This document shows positions 38,292 through 48,317 of a stretch of DNA of 64,000 bases, piece after piece. Position 1 is the stretch's first letter. Each line of letters begins with the position of its first letter. Source of the stretch: an uncultured Bacilli bacterium (GTDB taxonomy: Bacteria; Bacillota_I; Bacilli_A; RF39; UBA660); assembly GCA_934130545.1 (NCBI GenBank), contig CAKOYD010000001.1, positions 138,343 to 202,342 of the forward strand, in the 5' to 3' direction. A program made the translations under genes and the position numbers. The notes beneath the pieces were generated by a model. The model had not been told where the DNA came from, did not search any database, and saw nothing but the letters and a program-made list of their open reading frames with translations.

Positions 38292-38346
38292 TTCTCCTTT
38301 CTTGTCTTATATTATAGACTTTTTTTAAAATAAATCAACAATTTTA

Positions 38347-40011
38347 CTATTTAAATTTCATTTTCCCATTTCTCCCATAAGGATTTCTAACTAAATGCCT
38401 ATTTTCATACATAAAATTAATTTCTGGTATTACATCATATTTAAATATAATATTTATGTTTCTATTTTCATCAATTACTATCTTATCTATTAAAGTATTT
38501 ATTAGCTCTTTTTTAGGTTTTTTTAAATCTAATAGTTCTTTTATTTTCTTGGTATAATCTGGCAGTATATTTGCTTTATTCTTTATGTTTTTCTTTTTTA
38601 TTTTTTCTTCTTCAATTATATTATTAATCTTTTTTAATTTAGTTTCTGATTCAACAGATAATTCTTTATATAATTCAGTAGAAATTATATTATTACATCT
38701 ATCACTATATAAAGTAGATAATTTATTCATAATTTGTTCTTTTTCTTTTGTTAAATCTTTTATCTTTTTATCTATATCTTCTGTTTCTTTATGAACGTTT
38801 TTTTGTACTTCTTTATTTAATTCTCCTATATCTAGTTCTTTTATAAATTTTGATACTGAATTATTAAATTGCTCTAATATTTGTTCTTCTAAATAATCAT
38901 AAGGATAAAAGTGTGAACTACATCTTCCTCTTTTTGGATCTCTAGAATATCTATTACAATTAATAGACCAATAATCAAGTTTCTTTCTATAATAAACAGA
39001 TAGTCTATTGCCACACTCTTTACAAAATATTTTTCCTTCTAAAATTTTTTTGGGTCTTTCTGTTTTTAAACTATAATTTCTAGTTTTTCTTTTTCCTAAA
39101 GAATTAACATATTTAAAAGTTTCTTTATCTACTAATGGTTCATGAGTATCTTCAACTATTACCCATAAACTTTCATCTAAAGTTATTTTCTTCTTTGATT
39201 TATAATTTACTTTTGTTTGAGTATGTTGAACCATATCTCCAGTATAAATTCTATTACTTAAAATTTTCTTTACTGTTGATATATTCCAACTATCTCTATC
39301 AATCAATCTAGAAGAATAATTAGTTTTCTTATATCCTGCTGGTGTGGGTACATTCATATTATTTAATCTTGTTGCTATTTCTGTTGGTCCTATTCCTTCT
39401 GCTCTCCACTTAAATATATTTTTTACAATTGGTGCAGTTTCTGGATTAGGTATTAAATGTCCTTTATCCAAAGGATCTCTCATATAACCATAACAAGGTT
39501 GACTACCTATAAATTTACCATTCTTTCTTTTATCGTTTAATACATTTCTTATTTTTATAGAATTTTGTTTACTATAATAATCATTACAAGCAATTATAAA
39601 TGTTGAAGAATCATTACTAGCTTGATTTTTAAAACTATCATATGATTCAAGTATAGATATAAATCTTATATTATTTTCAGGAAAAAAAGTTTCAATATAA
39701 TATCCCGTCATAACATGATCTCTACCAAATCTAGATAAATCTTTAACTACTACACAATTTATCTTTTTTTGTTTTATATCCTCTAACATTTTTTGAAATC
39801 CTGGTCTATCAAAATTAGTACCAGAATATCCATCGTCTACATATTCTCCACATAGATTAAAATTATTATTTTTAACATAACTTCTTAGTAATTCTTTTTG
39901 ATTAATAACACTTTCACTATCAGATTCATATTTTTTATCTTTATCTTCTTGAGATAATCTTATATAGATTCCAACATTGAAATCTATTTCAGTTAAGTAA
40001 GTATTATACAT
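38347..40011 (-). CDS. large serine recombinase (paralog of LSR 1)
   Basis: VGIYIRLSQEDKD...VINQK...DDGYSGTNFDRPGF...LSRFGRD. Closest in motif string to LSR 1. Confidence 0.85.
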   Translation of the reverse strand: MYNTYLTEIDFNVGIYIRLSQEDKDKKYESDSESVINQKELLRSYVKNNNFNLCGEYVDDGYSGTNFDRPGFQKMLEDIKQKKINCVVVKDLSRFGRDHVMTGYYIETFFPENNIRFISILESYDSFKNQASNDSSTFIIACNDYYSKQNSIKIRNVLNDKRKNGKFIGSQPCYGYMRDPLDKGHLIPNPETAPIVKNIFKWRAEGIGPTEIATRLNNMNVPTPAGYKKTNYSSRLIDRDSWNISTVKKILSNRIYTGDMVQHTQTKVNYKSKKKITLDESLWVIVEDTHEPLVDKETFKYVNSLGKRKTRNYSLKTERPKKILEGKIFCKECGNRLSVYYRKKLDYWSINCNRYSRDPKRGRCSSHFYPYDYLEEQILEQFNNSVSKFIKELDIGELNKEVQKNVHKETEDIDKKIKDLTKEKEQIMNKLSTLYSDRCNNIISTELYKELSVESETKLKKINNIIEEEKIKKKNIKNKANILPDYTKKIKELLDLKKPKKELINTLIDKIVIDENRNINIIFKYDVIPEINFMYENRHLVRNPYGRNGKMKFK

Positions 40012-40279
40012 TCAATCCTCCAATCTTCTTACTTGACTGAGTATTAAGACAATTTAATAATACCGCATTATTAAAAAAATTACAGCGCATTATTTTCTTT
40101 TTCTATCTCTTCGATAAGATATTTTAAAATAAGATCTTTAAAAGTTATATCATTTTCATTCATAGCAACACCTACTTAAAGTTATGTTGTTTTCATTTAT
40201 TTTATTATTGTTTATATTCATTTTATATTCCCCCTTTTATTCAATAAAAAATCCCTATATTATTTTGATATAAGGACTA

Positions 40280-40486
40280 TTATTCATTTATAACTGAATC
40301 AATGTTTTTTATAATATATTCTATTAATAAAGTTTCCATTATAGATTGTATTGTAATTTTTTTATTTTCTATCACTCTTTTAAGAGCCATTTTTGTATGA
40401 TCATCAATTCTAAATTTAACTTGATTATTTTTTGCTAAAGCCATTTTTTCACTCTCCTTTCTAAAAATTGGTACTATTGTATGCAC
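40280..40486 (-). CDS. ribbon-helix-helix (CopG/Arc-like) DNA-binding protein
   Basis: KFRIDDHTKMALKRVIENKKITIQS beta-strand plus helix pattern. Real start is probably the internal Met. Confidence 0.45.
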   Translation of the reverse strand: MHTIVPIFRKESEKMALAKNNQVKFRIDDHTKMALKRVIENKKITIQSIMETLLIEYIIKNIDSVINE

Positions 40487-40625
40487 ATTAATTTTTAAAC
40501 ACTATTTTAGGAAAAGAATTTTGATAAAGCAGGATAAACCTGTTTACAAACAACTCACCAGTGGTGAGTTTTACCTTATTTTATAAGCATTTATATAATT
40601 AAGTAGTGTTTACACTTTTCATATT

Positions 40626-40686
40626 TGTTATACAATTGTATACTTTTAATTTCTTATATTATAAGGTATGTTATACAATCGTACAC
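40626..40686. promoter_or_regulatory. two copies of TGTTATACAAT(T/C)GTA(T/C)AC upstream of the RHH gene
   Basis: Copy 1 contains the perfect palindrome TATACAATTGTATA. Copies are 43 bp apart. Confidence 0.4.
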
Positions 40687-41073
40687 ATTTTTTAAAATAA
40701 CTTACTAAGATTTTTGGTACTAAAAACATAATAATATAATCAATACTTAGTACCAAAACTTTTTATATTGAATTTAAAGGGAGATTTTTGAATATGAAAA
40801 AAGCACTGACCTTCTCTATGAGGCCAATGCCGTAAATACATATAATTGCATTATTATTTCATATTCTACTATATTGTATCACATGATTGCCGAAAGTCAA
40901 TTAGTAATAAATGTTGTATTAATCTTGATAAAAATGTTGTATAAAATCTCTATAAAGCCATATAAATACTACATTTATACAAATAGATACTTTAATAGAT
41001 TATATGTTATTGACAAATATATGTAATTTTTACTTCTTAAATTTTTATCAAAATAATGTTGTTATTATAACTA

Positions 41074-41466
41074 TTATTTATAATTCCAAATACCTAATTG
41101 TCCTTTAACTTTTATTGGAGTAATGGGTTTCACATCTTCCAAAACCCATGCATATCTTCCAACTTCATAATGACCTGCAATAAAATTATTTTTGTTTTTT
41201 TCTTTCTCTTTTTTTATAAACTCTTCTGTCATATAAATACAATCAACTAAATTACACTTACATATTATATGTCCATAATTAAGTTCATCTTCATTATATA
41301 GTTCAGATAATCCTTTTCTTTCTTTTTCTTCTTTTCTTATTTTTGCAACTCCAGCTTGTATGTATAATTCTCCACGATAATTAGTTTTCCAACTTCTTGT
41401 TTCAATATATTTAACTTTATTTTTTATCAATGTAGCAAAGGGTTCTTTAATTGTTAATACTTTCAT
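41074..41466 (-). CDS. ASCH-domain protein (PUA-like fold)
   Basis: KPFATLIKNKVKYIETRSW...GHIICKCNLVDC...GRYAWVLEDVKP pattern. Confidence 0.55.
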   Translation of the reverse strand: MKVLTIKEPFATLIKNKVKYIETRSWKTNYRGELYIQAGVAKIRKEEKERKGLSELYNEDELNYGHIICKCNLVDCIYMTEEFIKKEKEKNKNNFIAGHYEVGRYAWVLEDVKPITPIKVKGQLGIWNYK

Positions 41467-41483
41467 AAACTATATTACTCATT

Positions 41484-42623
41484 TTAATCTAAAACTGCTT
41501 GTTTTAAGTCTGAAGCCAATTTATTCATAGAGTCATTTAATTTATCAATATCATGCTTTGACATAAAATATTCTTCACCATCATTACTACTTCTATCTAA
41601 AATATCAAATGTAATTCTATAAACATGATCACTTAATAAATTATTGTTTTGCCACATACAATCTTTTTTAGCTTTAATATAAAAATTATTTTTATTAATC
41701 TTTAATATATCAATATCTTCTGGTGATGAAACATAAAAACCTGTTGTTCTTACTTTTTTACTATTTTTATATGTAATACCTTCTTCATCTACCTTTTCAT
41801 ACCAGTTAGAATTAAAATAATATAATCCATTTTCATTTTTGGTACAATAATCCAACAAATTACCACGATACGCATCTTTTAAAGCATTATTAGTTTGATA
41901 TTCTTCACATGCTTTTATATATTCAATGCTAACACGTGACTCACATTTAACAGCCTTTTTCATAAAATCTTCTGCTGTCGTAACTACTAACAATTTTACA
42001 GAACCTAATGTTTTATCTGATAACTCAACTTTATGAGGTTGCGCTATATTACCTTCATCGTTTGAAATTATAAATATTTTATCATCCATATGTAAATCTA
42101 AGAAAATTTGTTTCGAAAATAACGCTTTATTTAATAGTGGTATTAAGTAATCTACTCTAAAATTTGCCTCAGCCATTACTAAGTATTTTTGATCATAACC
42201 TTGATTTCTTAATGAAATCATATATTGATTTTTTTTGAATGTCTTAACCTCTATTTGTGGTCTTTTTTCTATTGGAAACCAGTGATTATCAAACTTTAAA
42301 AATGGAATAGCTCTCTTTTTATATTTTATTCCAATAACATCTGGAGCAATCCCCGCAGTTTTAGGATTATAATCATAATAATCGGTAATAACTTCAACCT
42401 TTTCGCCTTTAAAAACTTGAGGTAAAATAATTTTATTAAATAAAACACTTTCAGGAATTATATTTATCCATCTATCAAAAATTCCACCCATATAATCTGC
42501 TTTAGATGTTAAAGCACCTTGCATAGGTCTATCACCTTGCATTTGTGTTAAATTAGCAATAAAATATACTGCCTTTTTAGCATCATTAATACTTATTTTT
42601 ACTTCATTCATACTAACCTCCAA
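41484..42623 (-). CDS. putative type II restriction endonuclease partner of the Dcm methyltransferase
   Basis: Immediately downstream of, and co-oriented with, the C5-MTase. Candidate PD...(D/E)xK (APDVIG ... IEVK). No named family recognised. Confidence 0.4.
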   Translation of the reverse strand: MEVSMNEVKISINDAKKAVYFIANLTQMQGDRPMQGALTSKADYMGGIFDRWINIIPESVLFNKIILPQVFKGEKVEVITDYYDYNPKTAGIAPDVIGIKYKKRAIPFLKFDNHWFPIEKRPQIEVKTFKKNQYMISLRNQGYDQKYLVMAEANFRVDYLIPLLNKALFSKQIFLDLHMDDKIFIISNDEGNIAQPHKVELSDKTLGSVKLLVVTTAEDFMKKAVKCESRVSIEYIKACEEYQTNNALKDAYRGNLLDYCTKNENGLYYFNSNWYEKVDEEGITYKNSKKVRTTGFYVSSPEDIDILKINKNNFYIKAKKDCMWQNNNLLSDHVYRITFDILDRSSNDGEEYFMSKHDIDKLNDSMNKLASDLKQAVLD

Positions 42624-42625
42624 AA

Positions 42626-43795
42626 TTATTCAGACATATCTGATTTTTCTAATAGTTCTAACAAGTCAGTAGCAAGCATTTGTATTACTGGAACAGAAAC
42701 TGCATTTCCTGCTTGTTTATATAGTTGAGAATCGGGATATGGCCTTCCATTTATAACCGTAGGTAATTTGTATCCATTATCAATAGGAAAGCCCTGTAAT
42801 TTAAAAGTTTCTTTTGGTGTTAACTTTCTGATACCATCATTTACTTTTATCAAAGGCACATTATGACCACCAGTACCCATATTTGCTGTAAGTGTGGGGC
42901 AAACACCACTTTGGTTTTTTCTTACATACATACCTCTTCTACATTGATAAAATTCGTACATTTCATCAATTTGTGTATTTAAATTTATTTTTTCTTTTTT
43001 ATTAGATTTTTCAAATTCTTCATCTGACATAAAATAGTTTGGATATTTTTCTTTTGTATAATAATACTTAGTTGCATTTTCTTTTGTCAAATTATAATCA
43101 ATAACCTTTTTTATATCTTTAATTCTTGATGCTTTATCTTTCTTCTTTATCCTACTTTCAATATCCTTAAATATTTCAAAATTTTTTATATCTTTTTCAT
43201 TTAATAAACCTATAATATATATTCTTTCTCTATTTTGTGGTACATTAGTATAATCCATGGTATTTAATACTTTTTCAAAAACTGTATATCCACAATCTTC
43301 TAGTTTTTGTTTTATATGTACATAAGTTTTTTTATTATCATGAGCCTGCAAATTTTTCACATTTTCAAGAAATAATACACGAGGTTTATAAAATTTTTCT
43401 CCCAGTTGTTCAATTAAATCTATAATATTTAAAAATAAATTTCCTCTATCATCTTCAAACCCTTTGCGCTCACCAGCAATACTGAATGCTTGACAAGGAA
43501 AACCACCATTCAAAATATCTATCGGTTCACTTAATATTTTATCATGTAATTTTTGATAATATTTTTGTTGTGCTTTATCTGTTGCTTGTTCTGGATGAAG
43601 TACTAATTTTATATCACCTTCTAGTAATTGATGTGAAAAATTAGTTCTATATGTCTCACATGCATATTCATCTATTTCATTTGCCCAAAGCAATTTATAT
43701 TTAGAATTTTTTGTCTTTGCATTTTTAAAACCTAAGCATATTCCACCAACACCTGCAAATAAACTTCCAACCTTATATTCAACCATATGTACCAT
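42626..43795 (-). CDS. DNA (cytosine-5)-methyltransferase
   Basis: Motif I LFAGVGG, motif IV GFPCQAFSIAG, motif VI ENV, motif X QAGNAVSVPV. Confidence 0.9.
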   Translation of the reverse strand: MVHMVEYKVGSLFAGVGGICLGFKNAKTKNSKYKLLWANEIDEYACETYRTNFSHQLLEGDIKLVLHPEQATDKAQQKYYQKLHDKILSEPIDILNGGFPCQAFSIAGERKGFEDDRGNLFLNIIDLIEQLGEKFYKPRVLFLENVKNLQAHDNKKTYVHIKQKLEDCGYTVFEKVLNTMDYTNVPQNRERIYIIGLLNEKDIKNFEIFKDIESRIKKKDKASRIKDIKKVIDYNLTKENATKYYYTKEKYPNYFMSDEEFEKSNKKEKINLNTQIDEMYEFYQCRRGMYVRKNQSGVCPTLTANMGTGGHNVPLIKVNDGIRKLTPKETFKLQGFPIDNGYKLPTVINGRPYPDSQLYKQAGNAVSVPVIQMLATDLLELLEKSDMSE

Positions 43796-43886
43796 CCTTT
43801 CTAATTTTTATGTGCTAATATAATTATAACATGAATTTCAATTATTTTATTGTATAAGTTAGCAAAACACTAGGAATATTATTTTT

Positions 43887-44807
43887 TTATAATTCTCTAG
43901 GACAATTAGGCTTATATTTAACATCATTAAATCCATATACTTTTTTACAATCATGACAGATAACTGCTATAAAATCAGCGCCATTAATTTTATGCCCATC
44001 TCCCTTTTGTATTAAAATATTTTTTGAATTACATTCAGGACAAAATATATCTTTTCTCATAACTTCATCTTGACTATAAGAATCTCTTATTATTTCATAA
44101 CCATTTCTATCATATTTAGGATAAAATTCATACTTATTAAACACTTTAATTCTTCCAAACATAAACTCTAATTTATCAATTTGTTTTTCGATATGATAAT
44201 GTCCACAATACCACTTATCATAATCAATAGACTCTTCTAGTTTATCTAAAAACTTTTCCATACTTTTATCTACATTAGATTGATCGATGCCTTTCATAAA
44301 TACTTCAGTAGGTTCATATTTTAATGGACAAGTATGTGATAAAACAATATCAATATGGTGTCCTTTATATTTATTTAAAATATTATCCATTTCTTTTTTA
44401 CTAAGTTGTTCATCTTTAAACCAAGGATATCTATATATAATTCTATAATTTTTATCAACAGAATAAGCGCCACCAATGACTAATACTTTTTTATTATCTA
44501 TATCATACAATTCACCATTTTTAGCAAATATTAAATTGGGATATGCTTCTTCAATAAATACTTTACCACCAAACATATCAATTTCTTTATATGTTGATAT
44601 ATTTTCTGGTCTTTCTTCATGATTACCTTGAACGCAAAATAATTTTATATTATAACTATTTAACTGTTCTTTTAACGTCTTATCTCTTTCATCTAAATAA
44701 TAATTAATTCCAGTATCACCTAATATAATCAACATATTATTTTTGTTTTTTTCTATATTATGCAATCTATAAAATTCTCTATGTGTATCTCCCGTTATAT
44801 AAATCAT
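43887..44807 (-). CDS. calcineurin-like metallophosphoesterase with C-terminal Cys4 zinc ribbon
   Basis: GDTHRE, LGDTGINYY, QGNHEE and CGHYH phosphoesterase motifs. C-terminal CPECN...CHDCKK. Confidence 0.6.
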   Translation of the reverse strand: MIYITGDTHREFYRLHNIEKNKNNMLIILGDTGINYYLDERDKTLKEQLNSYNIKLFCVQGNHEERPENISTYKEIDMFGGKVFIEEAYPNLIFAKNGELYDIDNKKVLVIGGAYSVDKNYRIIYRYPWFKDEQLSKKEMDNILNKYKGHHIDIVLSHTCPLKYEPTEVFMKGIDQSNVDKSMEKFLDKLEESIDYDKWYCGHYHIEKQIDKLEFMFGRIKVFNKYEFYPKYDRNGYEIIRDSYSQDEVMRKDIFCPECNSKNILIQKGDGHKINGADFIAVICHDCKKVYGFNDVKYKPNCPREL

Positions 44808-44823
44808 ATATTCCTCCTATAAA

Positions 44824-46863
44824 TTATAACTGTTCTATTACATATTTTGATAAAAAACTTATTTTAAATTTTGAAACATTTTCTTTTAATTTAATTTTTA
44901 ATTTCTCAATGTCTTCGACTTCTTCCCCAATAACATTGATTATATTTTCAATATCTTTTTCATATACTCCAAGACTTTTAAGATTTTTTCTAATTTCTGA
45001 ATTTGAAAAATATTGAACTTCAATAGGAAGTAATATTTTTTGTTCTACTAAATTTAATTGTTTTTCAGTAGCAGCACAACATTTTAAAAAGTAATAAACT
45101 ATTTTGATTTTTGAATATATTTGATGTTCTATCATACTATATTTCAATTTTATAGTATTTGATATTAATGAATCAATATTTTCTTTGTTTTTTTCTAAAA
45201 TTTTATTTATAATATATTTTATACTATATCTATTTTTATGTAATGAATAACTTATTATTTTAGAGTCTATATTCACTTTATGATTTATTGTTGTTTCACA
45301 ATATATAATTTTTAAAAGCTGACATAGTAAATTATATCTTCCTATAGTTTCGTCTTTTATCATTTTATTTATAATATCCAATAACGAACTATAATTTGCT
45401 CTAAAATAAGTATATAACTCGTTAATTGTAGAAAAACGATATTTGTATCCAATATTTTCAATATAATCTTTATAAGTTATATTTAACTCATTCAAAAAAG
45501 TTATAAAATCTTCATTATTCTCAAAATTTCCATTAATAATATCTATATCTTTACTTTCATTATCAGTTAATTCAAATTTAATTGTTTTTATTGCATCATT
45601 AAATACATATTCTTTGTCCTTTGGACCTTTTAAATAATATGCATATCCCAAAAAATGTTTATTTAACCTTCCCGTTCTACCAACCAAATTATAAAAATCA
45701 AATGCATCAAATTCTGTTTTATTACGCTGAGGTGAAGTTATGATAATGTTTTTTGAACATATATTAACACCCTCAAGTAAAGTAGAAGTACAAAGCATAT
45801 TTTTGAAATTTTCTTCTTCTTCATATAAATCTATTTGCATTAATCTTACACCTAATGGCAATTGACCATTATGAACTAAAAAACCACGTTCCATAGCTTT
45901 AATAACATACCAATCTTCATGGATTTCATCTTTTGCCCATTGAAGAAAATTTGAAATCAATTCATTTTTTAGATTAATAATTGGATATGTATTACATATT
46001 TCTCTATTAACGAAATTTGCTAATTCTTTCACCGTAGAAAAATATATCAAATTTTTTTGTGTTAATAATTTTCCTTTTAATAAATCTATTGTTTTATTAT
46101 ACTTTTCTTCTTTGCTATTTAAATTGATCTTAATAAGCTCATTTACCACCGGCGAAAAATTACTTTTATACATAATAGGTTGCTTAGATAAAATATTTCT
46201 ATCTTCTATATCTTTAATAAATGGCGCAAGTAAAACATATTTCTCCGCCTTGTCAGCTAAATATTTATAAGCCATATTCAAAACTAATACTCTATCATTT
46301 GTTTCATCGGTTTTTAGCTTATAAACCTCATCAATAACTAACAAATCTATCTTTTCTATATTATTATAAAACCTACATTCCATAACTTTATCATGTGTTA
46401 ATATAAAAATATTGTGTTTATCAAAATCATATTTTTTATTTTCATCATAGTTAATATGTGTTTTATAAACATTTAATTTTGAAGTATATTTCTTTATTAT
46501 CTTTTTTAAATATTCATCAACAAGTGCCAAAGTAGGTACAATAAGAACAATATTTTTTGGATAGAACCTAGCAATATATTCAAATATACAAAAAGTTTTT
46601 CCAAAACTAGTAGGTGCACTAATAATAACAGCGGAATTATTATTTATTATATTTATTATTTTTAATTGCTCTTTATGTAAAATTATTTCTTCATCTAAAC
46701 TAGATATTGCAAAACTATTAAACAATGCAGAGTCAAAACTAAATTCTTTTGAATACATATTTAATCCTAAATTAAATAAGTCATCTGACAATATTTGAAT
46801 GTTTTTCTTATCTTCCTCAATTTTTTTTATATATTTTTCCCTAATCTCACTGATGGTTTCCAT
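44824..46863 (-). CDS. SF2 helicase (Hachiman HamB-like candidate)
   Basis: Motif I APTSFGKTF, motif II DEVYKL, motif VI VGRTGR. Translationally coupled to the upstream 304-aa gene. Confidence 0.6.
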   Translation of the reverse strand: METISEIREKYIKKIEEDKKNIQILSDDLFNLGLNMYSKEFSFDSALFNSFAISSLDEEIILHKEQLKIINIINNNSAVIISAPTSFGKTFCIFEYIARFYPKNIVLIVPTLALVDEYLKKIIKKYTSKLNVYKTHINYDENKKYDFDKHNIFILTHDKVMECRFYNNIEKIDLLVIDEVYKLKTDETNDRVLVLNMAYKYLADKAEKYVLLAPFIKDIEDRNILSKQPIMYKSNFSPVVNELIKINLNSKEEKYNKTIDLLKGKLLTQKNLIYFSTVKELANFVNREICNTYPIINLKNELISNFLQWAKDEIHEDWYVIKAMERGFLVHNGQLPLGVRLMQIDLYEEEENFKNMLCTSTLLEGVNICSKNIIITSPQRNKTEFDAFDFYNLVGRTGRLNKHFLGYAYYLKGPKDKEYVFNDAIKTIKFELTDNESKDIDIINGNFENNEDFITFLNELNITYKDYIENIGYKYRFSTINELYTYFRANYSSLLDIINKMIKDETIGRYNLLCQLLKIIYCETTINHKVNIDSKIISYSLHKNRYSIKYIINKILEKNKENIDSLISNTIKLKYSMIEHQIYSKIKIVYYFLKCCAATEKQLNLVEQKILLPIEVQYFSNSEIRKNLKSLGVYEKDIENIINVIGEEVEDIEKLKIKLKENVSKFKISFLSKYVIEQL

Positions 46864-47761
46864 AATCGTCTATCCTTTCATAAATATATTTTAAAAATTC
46901 ACCTTTAAACTTTTCTCTATTTAAAATCGGTAGTGAAATACAGTAATATATAGTATCAAGATTAAACATTTGTTTTTTTTCAATTTTATCAAACTCTCTC
47001 AAAATTTCATCAATTTCTATTTTGCCTCCATGCATAACAAATAATGGAATCCCTATACTTTTTATATTCTCCCGATTCACAAATTCACTAAAAGTCAAAC
47101 ATTCTTCCACGCTTTCAATATAATTGTTTTCTATTATTGGCATCTTATAATTATCAATATTTGATAATACTAACATATATTCATCTTCGATTTGTTTTTC
47201 ATAACTTAAAAGAGAATTGTTTAGTGCAACTATTCCCTTATTTAAATCAGAATAGAACTTTGATTCTCCAAATAGCAACATATTATTTTGTTTATTGTAA
47301 AACAAAGTATCAATTCCAAAAACACTCATATTTGGATCAGTTATCATCGTTAATTTTGGAATAATACAGGTCATCTTAAAATATTCAAGTAATATTACAC
47401 TAAAAATATATTCTCCTATTTTTCCAATCTTATCTTTTCTAAATTTAAGTAAGGAAGTTTTATCTTTCCCAGTAATATCAATAAATTTTTCAAGTTCTCT
47501 ATAAAATTGATTTTCATCAAATAGTATATTTTCTTCATCTATAAATTTTTTTAAATTCTTATAAAGTTTAGCATAGTTTTTTTTCGTTGGTGTAAAACAA
47601 ATTGATTCTTTATTTTCTATATATTTTAATAATCTTTCTTCGTTAAAAAAATATTTAAACAACAATTCATAAAAATTGTCTTCGTTAATCTTTATATGCA
47701 CAATAGAATATTTGTTTTTTTCTTCATATACAATAAAATCATCATATTTTTTACTTATCAT
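46847..47761 (-). CDS. DUF1837-like PD-(D/E)xK protein (Hachiman HamA-like candidate)
   Basis: ~300 aa with GIDTLFY ... LLFGESKFY (a D ... ExK arrangement). Immediately upstream of and overlapping the helicase gene. Confidence 0.45.
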   Translation of the reverse strand: MISKKYDDFIVYEEKNKYSIVHIKINEDNFYELLFKYFFNEERLLKYIENKESICFTPTKKNYAKLYKNLKKFIDEENILFDENQFYRELEKFIDITGKDKTSLLKFRKDKIGKIGEYIFSVILLEYFKMTCIIPKLTMITDPNMSVFGIDTLFYNKQNNMLLFGESKFYSDLNKGIVALNNSLLSYEKQIEDEYMLVLSNIDNYKMPIIENNYIESVEECLTFSEFVNRENIKSIGIPLFVMHGGKIEIDEILREFDKIEKKQMFNLDTIYYCISLPILNREKFKGEFLKYIYERIDDYGNHQ

Positions 47762-47952
47762 ATTACTACACCTCTACTTCAAAAAAATAAACAGTATCCA
47801 TCTTAAAAAGATTAAATACTGCTTATCTTATGTAATAATTATACCATATATTTCCAAAATTTTTATATTTTTGTTAATATTTAATAGTCAAAAATGGATT
47901 TTTGTATCTTTTTTTCTACTTTTTTTAAATTTTAGTGTCCTAATACTCAATC

Positions 47953-47980
47953 ATTTATTTGTAGTGGTAACTGAACTCTG
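47953..47980. repeat. element D right att arm
   Basis: Reverse complement mirrors the left arm. Confidence 0.6.
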
Positions 47981-48272
47981 CACCTCCTGCATTTAAGTGA
48001 TTAGATATAACCACCACATTAGGATCATTACCAAATGCCTCCAGTATCTCCTTTGTTCTATTAGCAGGCGTTATTGTCTCATCACTATCTCTAGTAATAT
48101 AAACAGGAATTCCTAATTCTTTAAGTCTATTATACATATATTGAGATATTAATAAATTATAATCTTTTTCATAAGTATTTTCTCCAATAGCGCCACTATC
48201 CGAACCGCCATGTCCGGCATCAATAACCACACCGGTTAGTTTATTAGTGTTATTCATTTTATCACTCCTCAT
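47981..48272 (-). pseudogene. N-acetylmuramoyl-L-alanine amidase N-terminal fragment
   Basis: VVIDAGHGGSDSGA...ISNHLNAGG, then the element arm, then a stop. Confidence 0.75.
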
Positions 48273-48317
48273 AATAATTTATGAAAAATAATTAAAATAG
48301 TTAAAATTTATTAATTT

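Larger units (their letters stand above)
37292..47980. mobile_element. LSR integrative element D (~10.7 kb) inserted in the amidase gene; defense island
   Basis: Shared GGTG core. Inverted arms gagtttagttaccgctagta versus the reverse complement gagttcagttaccactacaa (18/23 identical). Excision gives ...ISNHLNAGGGTGAEVIY in frame. Confidence 0.75.

Noticed and set aside
10421-47980. Prophage interpretation of the integrase-bearing elements
   Set aside because: No capsid, terminase, tail, portal or lysis genes were found. The cargo is regulatory, transport or defense genes, so these are integrative islands/IMEs rather than prophages.
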